A stretch of DNA of 64,000 bases from Bacillota bacterium (GCA_963666425.2 OY762825.2:1056001-1120000), one strand, 5' to 3'. Positions 30,863 through 41,542 are shown, counted from the first letter of the stretch. The notes: generated by a model from the sequence alone, not told the origin. A program made the numbers and translations.

Positions 30863-30910
30863 AAAAAAGCGGTAAATAAGCTTGTTTTTAGCCTGTTTAC
30901 CGCTTTTTTT
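30863..30910 (-). terminator. Intrinsic terminator; target site of the IIC intron
   Basis: AAAAAAGCGGTAAAtAaGC..GCcTgTTTACCGCTTTTTT. Confidence 0.85.
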
Positions 30911-31089
30911 GATTTAGTGCGAATGATTTGTTTCAGTTTTGAGGATATGAAGGTTTGGTGTGCAGCAATTTCGAGTTGGCAGGGTAGTGGTTTTGTATAT
31001 GTGAATTTGCTCTGGGTAAGTGGCATCTTTGCATCGTGATCAGCATCTTTGGTACAGCACTCGATGTTGATTTATATAAAAATGACAAA

Positions 31090-34000
31090 TCAATTGTTAA
31101 TCTTAAACTGAAAACCTTTTTCTCTGAATAATGCAACGCAAGCATCTACGACTTCGCGGTCGTATTTTTTCCCTCTGTGCAAAGAAATTTCTTCTAGTGC
31201 AGCATCAATACCCAAAGCCATTCTATAGGGACGATGCGATGTCATAGCCTCAACGACATCTGCTACAGCCAATATTCTGCTCTCGAGGATAATTTGATCC
31301 CCCGCAAGCTTTTGCGGATAACCGGAACCATCCAGACGTTCATGATGCTGATGAATCATCTCGAGTACCTGTGGCGGGAAATCAATTTCCTTGACGATTT
31401 CATAGCCGGATTCAGCGTGGGTCTGTAGGATTTGATACTCAAGATTGGATATTTTGCCAGGTTTGTTGAGAATATCGGAAGCGATATTGATTTTGCCGAT
31501 ATCATGGATCAAGGCTCCGCTTGCGATATTGCTGACCCTCTCATCTGAAAGTCCCAACTCTTTGGCGATTGCGCAGGATAGTTCTGCCACTTTTCTTTGA
31601 TGTCCTGCTGTGTAAACATCCCTCAATTCACCAATCTTTGAAATAGCTTTGATTGTCTTGTCAAGCCTGTGAGCCAATGATTCGTTCATTACTCTGAGTA
31701 TATCCTCGGATTTCTTTTGCGCTGTAATATCTTGCACGACTCCTAATATCCCAACAACATCACCGTCTCGGTTATATAGTGGCGCACTCTGATCTCGTGC
31801 CCATCCGGATTTCTCGGTTTCTGAGACACTAAAGTAAAAATCGCACTCATCAAGTTTATGACCATTTAATGCCATTTCTAAATTGTTAATGAGCCCAGTT
31901 CCATCAAGCCAATTGAAAACCTCTCCCGCGTTGCGTCCAATCACCTCTTTCGCTAAGACTCCAGATAACTTCTCCATGAACGGATTCCATATTTTATAAC
32001 GCAACTCAGTATCGTATACAATAATCCCATTACTCACAGAATTGATAATATCTTGATTGAACTTCAGTGATTCTTCAAGATTTTCATGAGCTTTTGTTCG
32101 TTCCGTGATATCTGAAAAAGTTACAAGACTAGCCCATGTTTCCCCTTTCTCGTTGGTTATTGGTGTACCGAAGATCTCAAACAAGACTTCTGTACCATCG
32201 GGGCGTTCAACCACTATATCGTCAATATATGACTTCTTACCTTCCATCCCTTTGATGATGGGCCTCTCTTCAGTCGGATATGAGTCAGCGGAGCCTTTCT
32301 TATGCGCCTTCATGACTTCAGCGAAATTCTCTTTGTTGATATCGGGGAATATTCCTCTGCCTAGCAATTTTTTTGCCATTTCGTTTGTTAAAAGTGGCTT
32401 GCCATCAATAGCATCCACCATGAAAACGCCAACGGGGAGAACATTTAATAGCGAGGACATAATCTCATTTTGCCTTTTAACATCTTCTTCGTATTGTTTT
32501 CGCTCGCTAATATCCTGGGTTGCTCCCCAGAGAGCAGTAATGTTGCCGAACGTATCTTTTATAGCCTCGCCCCGCACCCACATCCAGCCATTCGATTCGT
32601 CTGCTTTTATTGTCTTGAGTTCCAGTTCGTATGGGATTCCTAAGGTTCTTGTTTTCTCAAGTGATGACGATAGTATATCCCAACTTTCCGGCGTAAATAA
32701 CTTCATATGCTCTGTGTAAGGAGGTGGTGGATTTGTTGGATCAAATCCATACATTTTGTAAAGTTCTTTCGACCATACAACTTGATTTGTCTCTAAATTT
32801 AACCTCCATGTTCCAATGTGAGCAATGCGCTGCGACTCAATTAGTTCTTCATTTTGCTGATTTAATCGTTCTTCAGTCAGCTTCCTCTTGGTAATATCCG
32901 TAAAAACGGTTGCAAATTGTTTAGGTTTCGGAGAATATGCAATTACCTCGTAATATTTATCCAGCTCACTAGAGTAATTTTCAAAATTTAATGATTCACC
33001 TGTCATGGCAACTTTACCATACTTTTCTATCCAGGATTGCTCTGTTCCCGGTAGAACTTCCAGTACGGTTTTTCCGATAATATTCTCGCGTTTGAGTCCA
33101 GTCAGTTCTTCGAACCCATGGTTCACATCCATGAATCGGTAGTCAATCACCTTTTCATCTTCATCCAAGATAACCTCATGCACTGCAAGCCCCTGTGTCA
33201 TCTGAGTGATGAGCAGCCTGTAATTCTCTTCGCTCTGCTGCAATGATTTTTGTGTAATCATTCTATCTGTGATATCAATAATAGAGGTCATATAATATAA
33301 AGGTCTTCCATCCGTATCCCTTCGTATTGATGTTTGCAAATCAGCCCACAAAATAGAGCCATCCTTTTTAATATACCTTTTGGTTATATGCATTGAATCT
33401 ATCTTGCCGGAAATAATTTCAGACGTTTTCTTCTCAATAAATTCAACATCGTCAGGATGCGTTATTTCCTGCCATTTTTTACTTTTAAGTTCATTTTCGC
33501 TATAACCAAGCATTGCACACATCGACTTGTTTACTTGTAACTCTCCCGAAGGCAGCGTAAGTGAGTTTCCTATTAGCGAATTGTCAAAAATGTATTTAAA
33601 TTTTCCCTCGCTTTCTTGCCTGGCTTTGTTTTCTATAGTCAGCTCTTGTGTTTTCTTTAAATCCAATTCGGCAAGCCGTTTATTTTCGTCCCGTCTGTAT
33701 ATACTCGCATTTCTAATTTTGACCATCGCCTGTATCTGCGCAGTCAGATCATAAATATCAATTGGTTTTGCAATAAAAGCCTCTGCACCACATTTTAGCG
33801 CGCGGATTCGATTTTCTTTATCCCCTTTTAAAGCGGTTATAAAAACTATGGGGATTTCTTTTAATTCTTCGTCTTCTTTTAGTTTGCAGCACACCTCAAA
33901 ACCGTCCATTTTAGGCATTACAATATCTAGAAGGATGACATCGGGATTTTCTTTTTTTGCCATCTCGATCCCTTGTATACCGCTAAGTGCCTGGAAAACT

Positions 34001-34098
34001 GTGGATTCAGGAAAAGCTTCTTTAATGAGTACTTTTAAAGCTGTCAGGTTGTCTTGCATATTATCGACTAATAGAATTTTAATATTACTATTTTCCAT
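31090..34098 (-). CDS. REC-multi-PAS-HD-GYP phosphodiesterase
   Basis: N-terminal REC (ILLVDN, DVILLDIVMPKMDG, FIAKP), five PAS/PAC repeats ending DIT/DIS, intact HDIGK and HHERLDGSGYP. Confidence 0.93.
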   Translation of the reverse strand: MENSNIKILLVDNMQDNLTALKVLIKEAFPESTVFQALSGIQGIEMAKKENPDVILLDIVMPKMDGFEVCCKLKEDEELKEIPIVFITALKGDKENRIRALKCGAEAFIAKPIDIYDLTAQIQAMVKIRNASIYRRDENKRLAELDLKKTQELTIENKARQESEGKFKYIFDNSLIGNSLTLPSGELQVNKSMCAMLGYSENELKSKKWQEITHPDDVEFIEKKTSEIISGKIDSMHITKRYIKKDGSILWADLQTSIRRDTDGRPLYYMTSIIDITDRMITQKSLQQSEENYRLLITQMTQGLAVHEVILDEDEKVIDYRFMDVNHGFEELTGLKRENIIGKTVLEVLPGTEQSWIEKYGKVAMTGESLNFENYSSELDKYYEVIAYSPKPKQFATVFTDITKRKLTEERLNQQNEELIESQRIAHIGTWRLNLETNQVVWSKELYKMYGFDPTNPPPPYTEHMKLFTPESWDILSSSLEKTRTLGIPYELELKTIKADESNGWMWVRGEAIKDTFGNITALWGATQDISERKQYEEDVKRQNEIMSSLLNVLPVGVFMVDAIDGKPLLTNEMAKKLLGRGIFPDINKENFAEVMKAHKKGSADSYPTEERPIIKGMEGKKSYIDDIVVERPDGTEVLFEIFGTPITNEKGETWASLVTFSDITERTKAHENLEESLKFNQDIINSVSNGIIVYDTELRYKIWNPFMEKLSGVLAKEVIGRNAGEVFNWLDGTGLINNLEMALNGHKLDECDFYFSVSETEKSGWARDQSAPLYNRDGDVVGILGVVQDITAQKKSEDILRVMNESLAHRLDKTIKAISKIGELRDVYTAGHQRKVAELSCAIAKELGLSDERVSNIASGALIHDIGKINIASDILNKPGKISNLEYQILQTHAESGYEIVKEIDFPPQVLEMIHQHHERLDGSGYPQKLAGDQIILESRILAVADVVEAMTSHRPYRMALGIDAALEEISLHRGKKYDREVVDACVALFREKGFQFKINN

Positions 34099-34230
34099 AA
34101 GGCACCTCGCTTATTACCTAAAAACTTATTTTCTATGATTAGTTTTGCATGAAAAGCGTTGAATCCATGTGATAAAATGGCTTCACGGTCATGACCCATG
34201 GCACTGACCGTCAGAGCGATAATTGATACA

Positions 34231-34631
34231 TGATGAAGCCAAAGAAAAGAAGGCAGAACGAAGAGAAGAATAGGCAGCGCCATGTGTTTACAGAGGTCAT
34301 TCCGGATGCATGTTCCATTGTGGCAAAGCACCTATGTTGAGAGGGCACCTCACTTCCACAGCTTCATAACGTGAACGGTGAGCTGCTGCACACATGAATC
34401 CGCTATTCGTTTTCTGTGAGCTGTTTATTCCCTGTTCATTTTTGTGAAATGTTACTATATCACTCTAAAGTTCTCTCTTGGTAACTAAATACCTTTCATA
34501 ATGGTTTTTAATTATCGAATTGGTTCATTGGAAACAGTAAAAATCTATTCATTCCACACACTCAACGCGCGTGACCTGAGGGTAACCTATCAACGGTTCA
34601 CGTCTTTTAACGATTCCTCTAGGGGGTGTGC
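34231..34631. repeat. ~400-bp direct repeat, copy 2
   Basis: Aligns with 29594-29993. Confidence 0.92.
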
Positions 34632-34739
34632 CGAAATTCTACAGAACAGGTATTATTTCAACGAGAACCTCTCTTCTCTATCCCGTACCATAAAAAAAAC
34701 GTGCCTTCAAAGCGGAATTTATCGCCTTAAAAGAACGAA

Positions 34740-34840
34740 TGAAATGCCGACTTCGTCGGCGTGAAGTTTCGGCTGTGCCGAAATGAAGTGTTTGCCTTGC
34801 AAACATGAAGTTCATTGTTCCGCTAACGCGGAACAATGAG
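34740..34840. repeat. 22-bp-period array of palindromes separated by TGAA(G/A)T
   Basis: TGAA at 34740, 34762, 34784 and 34806, each followed by a different perfect hairpin. Confidence 0.85.
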
Positions 34841-34886
34841 TTAAAAAAATCGATTATTCGTCCGCAGACAAATAATCGATTTTTTT

Positions 34887-34975
<89 letters not shown>

Positions 34976-35146
34976 ATATTTAAATCTTGCACATTGTAGC
35001 ATAGTCGACTGGTAAAGTCAAGATTGCCAAAGCGATCTGTCCGCTCAAAAAGCCACTTAGAATTTGCTTAGAAAAGGGATCCGCCAAATCAAAGAATTCA
35101 ACGGATCCCTACTGTCGCTCGATAAAAAATACCGAAAGCATCCTCT

Positions 35147-35207
35147 TGGAACAGGGGCACAGCCGCGCTCTAGAAAAAAACTGGAACAGGGGCACAGCCG
35201 CGCTCTA
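35147..35207. repeat. 26-bp perfect direct repeat x2
   Basis: TGGAACAGGGGCACAGCCGCGCTCTA at 35147 and 35182. Confidence 0.9.
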
Positions 35208-35208
35208 A

Positions 35209-35583
35209 CTAAACTTCTGCGATGGCTTCCACTTCTACTAAGCAGCCATAATGCAGCTCGCCGCAGGGCACCACCATCCGAGCCGGTTTGTGTTCGCCAA
35301 AAAAGCGGCCATATTCCAGATTCATCGCATCCCACATGCTAACATCCGGCAAATAGACGCGGCACATTACCACATCCGCCGGCTGCAAACCGGCTGCCTG
35401 CAGGACTAAATTCAAATTCTGCAGAGCCTGACGTGTTTCGGGCCCGATGCCGCCTGCCGGTTTCTGTCCGCTGGCGGGATCGCGTGAGAGCTGACCGGAA
35501 ATGTAGAGCGTCTTGCCGCTGATCATCCCCGGCGTATAGAATCCGGGTTTCGCTTGCGAAAATTCCGTCTGTATCAATTGCAT
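35209..35583 (-). CDS. RidA/YjgF family protein
   Basis: LYISGQL, QALQNL..VL, FFGEHKPAR, LVEVEAIA; start at MQLIQ. Confidence 0.9.
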   Translation of the reverse strand: MQLIQTEFSQAKPGFYTPGMISGKTLYISGQLSRDPASGQKPAGGIGPETRQALQNLNLVLQAAGLQPADVVMCRVYLPDVSMWDAMNLEYGRFFGEHKPARMVVPCGELHYGCLVEVEAIAEV

Positions 35584-35638
35584 TTCAATCACCTTTCTCT
35601 CTGAATTTCCTTTACGGCATCGCATGGCTGCCGTATTT

Positions 35639-36916
35639 TTAAAGCATCGTCTTGCCGCCCATATAGACGCGCAGCGCTTCCGGTATTCTGACATTGCCGT
35701 CTGCCTGCACGTTATTCTCCAAAAAAGCAATCAGCATCCGCGGCGGCGCCACCACGGTGTTGTTGAGGGTATGGGCAAAATAATTGCCGCTTTCTTTGCT
35801 TCTGATTCTGATCCCCAAGCGGCGGGCCTGTGCATCACCAAGATTGGAGCAGCTGCCCACTTCGAAGTATTTCTGCTGTCTGGGAGACCAGGCTTCCACA
35901 TCGATACTTTTCACTTTTAAATCTGCCAGATCGCCGGAACAGCATTCCAAAGTGCGAACGGGAATATCCAGAGAACGGAAGAAAGCAACCGTGTTTTCAT
36001 AGAGGGTTTTAAACCAGGTTTGGCTGTCTTCCGGTTTGCAAACCACGATCATTTCCTGCTTCTCGAATTGATGCACCCGATAAACGCCGCGTTCTTCAAT
36101 CCCATGCGCACCAACTTCTTTGCGGAAGCAAGGCGAATAACTGGTGAATTTCTGCGGCAGCTCTTCTTCGTCCAAAATGGTATCGATGAATTTGCCAATC
36201 ATGGAGTGTTCGCTGGTACCGATCAGGTACAAATCCTCTCCTTCGATCTTATACATCATGTTCTCCATTTCGGTAAAGCTCATCACACCGGTAACGACGC
36301 TGCTGTGGATCATAAAAGGAGGAATACAATAGGTAAAGCCACGATCGATCATAAAATCGCGGGCATAAGAAAGCACTGCCGAATGCAGGCGGGCAATGTT
36401 GCCTTGCAGATAATAGAAGCCGGAACCGGCAGTTTTTCGGGCAGCATCGAGATCGAGACCCTGAAAGTGTTCCATAATCTCTACATGATACGGGACTTCA
36501 AAATCGGGAACAAACGCCTCGCCAAAACGCTCAATTTCCACATTTTCGCTGTCATCTTTGCCAATGGGCACCGTAGCGTCGATGATATTGGGGATCACCA
36601 GCATGCGTTCGCGGATCTCCAAAGGCAGCCGCTCTTCCAGCTCTTTCAATTCTTCCAGTTCGCGGGCAATATCGGCTACCAGAGCTTTGCTCTGCTCCGC
36701 CTCTTCCCGTTTGCCTTGCACCATTAATTTGCCGATTTCTTTACTAACCGAGTTGCGCTGACTGCGCAGGTAATCTGCTCTGGTTTTAGCATCACGCAAG
36801 CGAAGGTCCAGTTCAACTACTTCATCCACTAAATGCAGTTTATGCGCCTGGAACTTTTTTTGGATATTCTGTTTTACAAGTTCTGGACTGGTTCGAATCA
36901 ATCGGATATCAATCAT
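35639..36916 (-). CDS. serS: Serine--tRNA ligase
   Basis: LIGTSEH, CFRKEVG, YRVHQFEKQE, EVGSCSN, HTLNNT. Confidence 0.97.
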   Translation of the reverse strand: MIDIRLIRTSPELVKQNIQKKFQAHKLHLVDEVVELDLRLRDAKTRADYLRSQRNSVSKEIGKLMVQGKREEAEQSKALVADIARELEELKELEERLPLEIRERMLVIPNIIDATVPIGKDDSENVEIERFGEAFVPDFEVPYHVEIMEHFQGLDLDAARKTAGSGFYYLQGNIARLHSAVLSYARDFMIDRGFTYCIPPFMIHSSVVTGVMSFTEMENMMYKIEGEDLYLIGTSEHSMIGKFIDTILDEEELPQKFTSYSPCFRKEVGAHGIEERGVYRVHQFEKQEMIVVCKPEDSQTWFKTLYENTVAFFRSLDIPVRTLECCSGDLADLKVKSIDVEAWSPRQQKYFEVGSCSNLGDAQARRLGIRIRSKESGNYFAHTLNNTVVAPPRMLIAFLENNVQADGNVRIPEALRVYMGGKTML

Positions 36917-37073
36917 AATCTGTCAGCTCCTTACGATTTTTCTAGATAAATCAGTTTTGATTTCATTGACATTTGTTGGGAACGCACGGGTCCGTATCAA
37001 TGTCATGTTAAAATAAAAAATGTTTTACTACCCCCTTCTTCAGCAGAAACCGGATGGTCTGTGAAAGAGATAT

Positions 37074-37300
37074 AAAAAAAGCTCTTTCACACCATACGAA
37101 ACGTATGGGACGAAAGAACTCCGCGTTGCCACCCAAATTGCCGGTCTAAAAACCGACCACTCAATCGTATGATAAAGGATACGAACCTGCGGCTTATCAC
37201 CGTTTGCTCAAAAAGTGGATAGACTCTTGCTCTTACCGGTTTACACCAACCACCGGCTCTCTGCGTAGCGCAAGGAATCATTGCTTTTCTCATTGCTGAT
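37074..37300 (-). promoter_or_regulatory. T-box riboswitch (Ser) leader
   Basis: AGAGAGCCGGTGGTTGGTGTAAACCGG stem I, TCC specifier, AATTTGGGTGGCAACGCG T-box, terminator with T-run; upstream of serS. Confidence 0.92.
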
Positions 37301-37583
37301 TTTATTCTATTGTTTTATTTATTATAAACCGGAACCAGAAAAAATGCAAGAGAAAGATAAAAACCTGTCCGCTTCGGCTTGGCAGCGGGTCACTTTTTCT
37401 GTCATTCATTTTCTATGCTGTATTGGAGAATAGAAATGAATTTTACGTGAAAACCACCAGAATGATTTGAATATTCATCTGAAATATGATATGCTAAGAT
37501 TGTATTTTTATTTGACTTTCAGTTTCATTTCAGCAAACATTGTTAAGATGATTCAGTAAAAAAATATAAGAGGTGAGCATTTC

Positions 37584-38279
37584 ATGAAGAGTATTGTTTT
37601 AATTGTTGATGACGATCCCAACATTCGTGAACTGTTGGAATTGTATCTGGAAAAAGAAGGTTATGATTGTCACCATGCAGCCGATGGTGACGAAGCGATC
37701 GCCAAAGCGAAATTGCTGCAACCTGCTTTGATCCTGCTGGATATCATGCTGCCCAAGAAGGATGGCTGGCAAGTCTGCCGGGAAATCCGCAAATCGCTCT
37801 CGACGCCAATCATTATGATCACTGCCAAGGGAGAGGAACCCGACAAAGTGACGGGTTTAGAAATTGGAGCAGATGATTATGTGACCAAACCTTTCAGCAC
37901 GAAGGAATTGATGGCTAGAATCAAGGCGGTCATGCGCCGGAGTCAAAAGCTAGAGATGAATGAGCCGGAAGAAGAGATGAGCTTTGGCAATCTCTATATG
38001 AATATGACGCAGCGTTTGATCACAGTCAACAGCATTGCGGTCAATCTGACTCCCAAAGAAACCGAACTGCTTTGGTTTTTGGCTAAAAATGTGAACCACG
38101 TTTACAGCCGGGAACAACTGCTGGAAAATGTTTGGGGTTATGAGTATTTCGGCGATGCGCGGACTGTGGATGTACATGTCAAGCGTTTGAGAGAAAAATT
38201 GAATATAGCCGAACCGGAAGGATGGCTGATTAAGACCGTCTGGGGTGTTGGCTATAAGTTTGAGGTGAGCGAAGCGTGA
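37584..38279 (+). CDS. OmpR-family response regulator
   Basis: IVDDD, LLDIMLP, GADDYVTKPF, RTVDVHVKRLREK, TVWGVGYKF. Confidence 0.95.
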   Translation: MKSIVLIVDDDPNIRELLELYLEKEGYDCHHAADGDEAIAKAKLLQPALILLDIMLPKKDGWQVCREIRKSLSTPIIMITAKGEEPDKVTGLEIGADDYVTKPFSTKELMARIKAVMRRSQKLEMNEPEEEMSFGNLYMNMTQRLITVNSIAVNLTPKETELLWFLAKNVNHVYSREQLLENVWGYEYFGDARTVDVHVKRLREKLNIAEPEGWLIKTVWGVGYKFEVSEA

Positions 38280-40102
38280 AAAAACTGCATATCCGCAGTT
38301 TATTCAAAAAACTCTTTCTCAGCTTTGTTTTAGTTGCCCTCGTCACGGTTTTTTCTTTGGGCGTGTTTCTGCCGAGTCAATTATCGAATTACTTGACAGA
38401 GAACGCCCGCAGCCGCTTGGAGGAAGAAGCCCGTCTGATTATCCCATCGATCAGCATTTTTTTCAGTGGACGGATCAGTTTTGATGCCATGCAGCAAATA
38501 CTCACCACCATCGAATACTTCTCCAGTGCGCAAGTTTTTCTAACCGACCGTAACGGTCAGATCCTGGTCACCAGCGCCGGTTATGACATGAATGTCCGGG
38601 GGCAATTAATTGGTGAGGATGAGTTGTTCGATCTGTTGCAAAATAACCAATTCTCCCGGCAAGGCTACAATCCGCGTCTGGCTACCTATGCCTTGACGCT
38701 GGCTTTTCCGATTCGACAGCAAACTGCCGAGCAAGTGTCCATCGTCGGCAGCTTGTATCTGGAAACGCCGCTGGATGTGATTGGCGCTTCTTCTGCCATC
38801 ATTCAAAAACAAGCTTTGGTCATTGTCCTGATCAGTTTCATGCTTGCTTTGATCTTGGCCTACATCTTTTCCCGGCATATCGCTGAACCATTGTATGCGC
38901 TGACAGTCGCTGCCCAATCGATGGCGCGCGGAAATTACGCCATCACAATCCCCTATGATGAAGATGATGAAATCGGTGACTTAATCGAAAGCTTTAACAA
39001 CCTTTCGTACTCGCTGCAAAAGAGCATCGATTCTTTGCTGACCGAAAAAGGGCGAATGGAAAACCTGCTCCGCTCACTAACGGAAGGTGTCATTGCCACT
39101 GAGAATAATGAAACCGTTGTTTTATTTAATCCAGCCGCCCAGCAGTTGCTGGCGATCCCGCTCGACGAAAACCCCAATGGCAGAAAATTAAGTGCCTTAC
39201 ACCTCCCGGAAGAACTTTATCGATTGATGTCAGAAGATTCCACCAGTATCATTACAAAAATCATGCCTTTCAGCAACGAACGTTTTGTGGCCGTGACTGT
39301 TTCTCCCGTCTTGGACCGGTTGGGACGTTTTACCGGCCATGTAACGGTGCTGCAGGATATTACAGAAGCGCATACATTGGAATTGCAGCGAAAAGCGTTT
39401 GTCGCCAATGTATCCCACGAGCTGCGTACACCACTGACCTCGATCCGCGGTTTTGTTGAAGGCATCCTGGATGATACGATTCCCCTGGAATCCTCTCCGC
39501 GTTATTTGAATATCATTCATAAAGAAACCATTCGTCTCACCAAACTGATTCAGGATTTATTGGAGCTTTCTTTTATCGAATCCGGTCAAATCAAACTTCA
39601 TCGCGAATGTGTGCCGCTCCTGCCCCTACTGAGTCGTTTGGCGATGCAATGCAAGAGTGCTACCGGCAAAGAAAGCCAGCTATTTACGGTGCGTTTTGAT
39701 ATAGCCGAACCCGCCGTTTGGGCTGACCCTGACAGACTGGAACAAATTCTAATCAACCTGATTTCCAACGCTTCCAAATTCACACCATCAAACGGTACAA
39801 TTCAGATCATCGGTGTCAGTGTCGATCAGAAAATGGAAATCACGATTCAAGACAGCGGTCCCGGGATTGCTGCCGAAGATCTGCCTTATATTTGGGATAG
39901 ATTCTACAAAGCAGACCATTCCCGCAGCAAAGAGGGCACCGGTCTTGGTCTATCCATCGTGCGTTCCCTGATTGAAGCGCACGAAGAAAAAATTGGTGTC
40001 AACAATGATCCTTTGGGTGGCTGCTGCTTCACCTTTACGATGCCAATCTGTTTTGGCAGCGGCGAAGACGATTTTAACAATGAAGAAACGAATACAGAAT
40101 AA
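38276..40102 (+). CDS. Sensor histidine kinase (TM-HAMP-PAS-HisKA-HATPase; ResE/WalK-like)
   Basis: NVSHELRTPLT, NLISNA, DSGPGI, GTGLGLSI. Confidence 0.95.
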   Translation: MKKLHIRSLFKKLFLSFVLVALVTVFSLGVFLPSQLSNYLTENARSRLEEEARLIIPSISIFFSGRISFDAMQQILTTIEYFSSAQVFLTDRNGQILVTSAGYDMNVRGQLIGEDELFDLLQNNQFSRQGYNPRLATYALTLAFPIRQQTAEQVSIVGSLYLETPLDVIGASSAIIQKQALVIVLISFMLALILAYIFSRHIAEPLYALTVAAQSMARGNYAITIPYDEDDEIGDLIESFNNLSYSLQKSIDSLLTEKGRMENLLRSLTEGVIATENNETVVLFNPAAQQLLAIPLDENPNGRKLSALHLPEELYRLMSEDSTSIITKIMPFSNERFVAVTVSPVLDRLGRFTGHVTVLQDITEAHTLELQRKAFVANVSHELRTPLTSIRGFVEGILDDTIPLESSPRYLNIIHKETIRLTKLIQDLLELSFIESGQIKLHRECVPLLPLLSRLAMQCKSATGKESQLFTVRFDIAEPAVWADPDRLEQILINLISNASKFTPSNGTIQIIGVSVDQKMEITIQDSGPGIAAEDLPYIWDRFYKADHSRSKEGTGLGLSIVRSLIEAHEEKIGVNNDPLGGCCFTFTMPICFGSGEDDFNNEETNTE

Positions 40103-40160
40103 ATCAGCAGCTTACCAATGCTTGCCGTTCAGATGCAATTTGCTTGCTTTGTATTCACAG

Positions 40161-40375
40161 AGGGGCTGTAGCAAAACAAAAAATCGCTACAGTTCCTTTT
40201 TGCTGCTCCAGTATCATTTTTCACAAACAAAAGCAAGCTAATACGAAAAATAGCAGATAAAAATAGAAAGGTCAGACAAAATATCACCCAACTACAGGAG
40301 ATATTCTGGTTTTTACTATGCTTAAGCCGTAATTTTTTGGATAATTGTCGGTGCGATTTTGTTGAATCTTGTTGC
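40161..40375 (-). mobile_element. IS1182-family 3'-end remnant (inverted copy of 41914-42133)
   Basis: About 215 bp, reverse complement of the right copy; terminus GGGGCTGTAGCAAAA; encodes NKIQQNRT. Confidence 0.75.
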
Positions 40376-40621
40376 TTGTTTCTGCCCTAAGGCCTTCTCG
40401 TCTCACTAATTTGTAGTTTCGTACCCATTGGCAAAAGGATGATTCACCTATCCCGCATTCTTTGCCCATTCTGCTTGGCTTCCTTCTCCGGCTAGATACG
40501 CTTCTACAGTTTTGATCTTTTCTTCTGATGTTGCTATTGTTTTGTACATAATATATGCTCCCCATGGTGTAGTCTCGAACTTTTTGTTATTTCGAGTGTC
40601 TACTTTATGGGGAGCAGTTCA
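40376..40621 (-). mobile_element. IS3-family left end with frameshifted OrfA fragment
   Basis: Terminal IR TGAACTGCTCCCCATAAAGTAGACA followed by HTH remnant GIGESSFCQWVRNY. Confidence 0.7.
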
Positions 40622-40696
40622 TTTCGCAGCCACTTTTAGGTTGATAATCGAAAGAGATGCGGCAGATAAGACAACACCCCCGTCGCCCCGGAACAC

Positions 40697-41542
40697 TCAC
40701 TTAAAACTGCCGGCGAACTGATCCAGATTTGCCCAACCGTGGACTCTAACCCTGGGGATCAAGAATTGGTTGTCTTCGGGGGTGGCTAAACCATAAGAAA
40801 CGATAACCGCCGAAGTATAACCGGCCTCTTTCACCAACTGCTGTGTAATTTCACTGTGAGCGCCGCTGGGATAACAGAAGGATTTTACCGATATATTCAA
40901 TTTTTCTTCCAGCTTTTTTTTGGAATCACTGATTTCCAGTTTCTGATTCTCGCTACTCGTTACCCTTAAATCCAGGTGATGCTTTGTATGGCTGCCGATC
41001 TCAATGCCTGCGTTTGCCAGCGTTTTCGTTTCCTCCCAAGTAAGGTAATTGGATCGGTCCAGAAATTCGGTCACCACATAAACGGTACCTGTAAAGTCAA
41101 ACTCCTTCATAATGGGCCATGCTTGCTTATAAAAGGAAGCATAACCATCATCAAATGTCAAAACTACCGTTTTGGCGGGGATTTTTCTGTTGGCCAGCAT
41201 TTCCTCAGCATCGGACATTATAGCCGTATGATACCCGTTATCGGATAAATATTTCATCTGGGCTCTGAAATTTTCCACCGATACATAAAGACTGTTGGAG
41301 CCGGTTCCAATTTCATGATACATGAAGATCGGAATTGAAGTTCCGGTGTATTCAATGGGCGGCATAGCATTCTCATGGTTATTGGTGAATTTCATTTTAC
41401 AGATGAAATAGATAGAGGCAAACAGAATTGCCAAAATTGTAAGAGAGAAAAGAAACCGTAGAAGACGCTTGCTCTTTCGATTGTTCTTCTTCTTGCCCGT
41501 AGATCCCAATGCTTGTCTCTCTGCCATTGCCACATCTCGCAT
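40697..41542 (-). CDS. Polysaccharide deacetylase (CE4/NodB, membrane-anchored)
   Basis: PIFMYH, LTFDDGY, GSHTKHH, FCYPSG, IPRV. Confidence 0.92.
   Translation of the reverse strand: MRDVAMAERQALGSTGKKKNNRKSKRLLRFLFSLTILAILFASIYFICKMKFTNNHENAMPPIEYTGTSIPIFMYHEIGTGSNSLYVSVENFRAQMKYLSDNGYHTAIMSDAEEMLANRKIPAKTVVLTFDDGYASFYKQAWPIMKEFDFTGTVYVVTEFLDRSNYLTWEETKTLANAGIEIGSHTKHHLDLRVTSSENQKLEISDSKKKLEEKLNISVKSFCYPSGAHSEITQQLVKEAGYTSAVIVSYGLATPEDNQFLIPRVRVHGWANLDQFAGSFK

Noticed and set aside
29997-34098. Diversity-generating retroelement (RT remnant plus duplicated C-terminal domains)
   Set aside because: The RT remnant is clearly group II intron-type with ribozyme ends, both repeats are coding HD-GYP domains, and the differences are not adenine-specific.
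40284-40565. 93-aa ORF in the track
   Set aside because: It is a chance fusion of an IS3 OrfA fragment and an IS1182 end, not a real gene.
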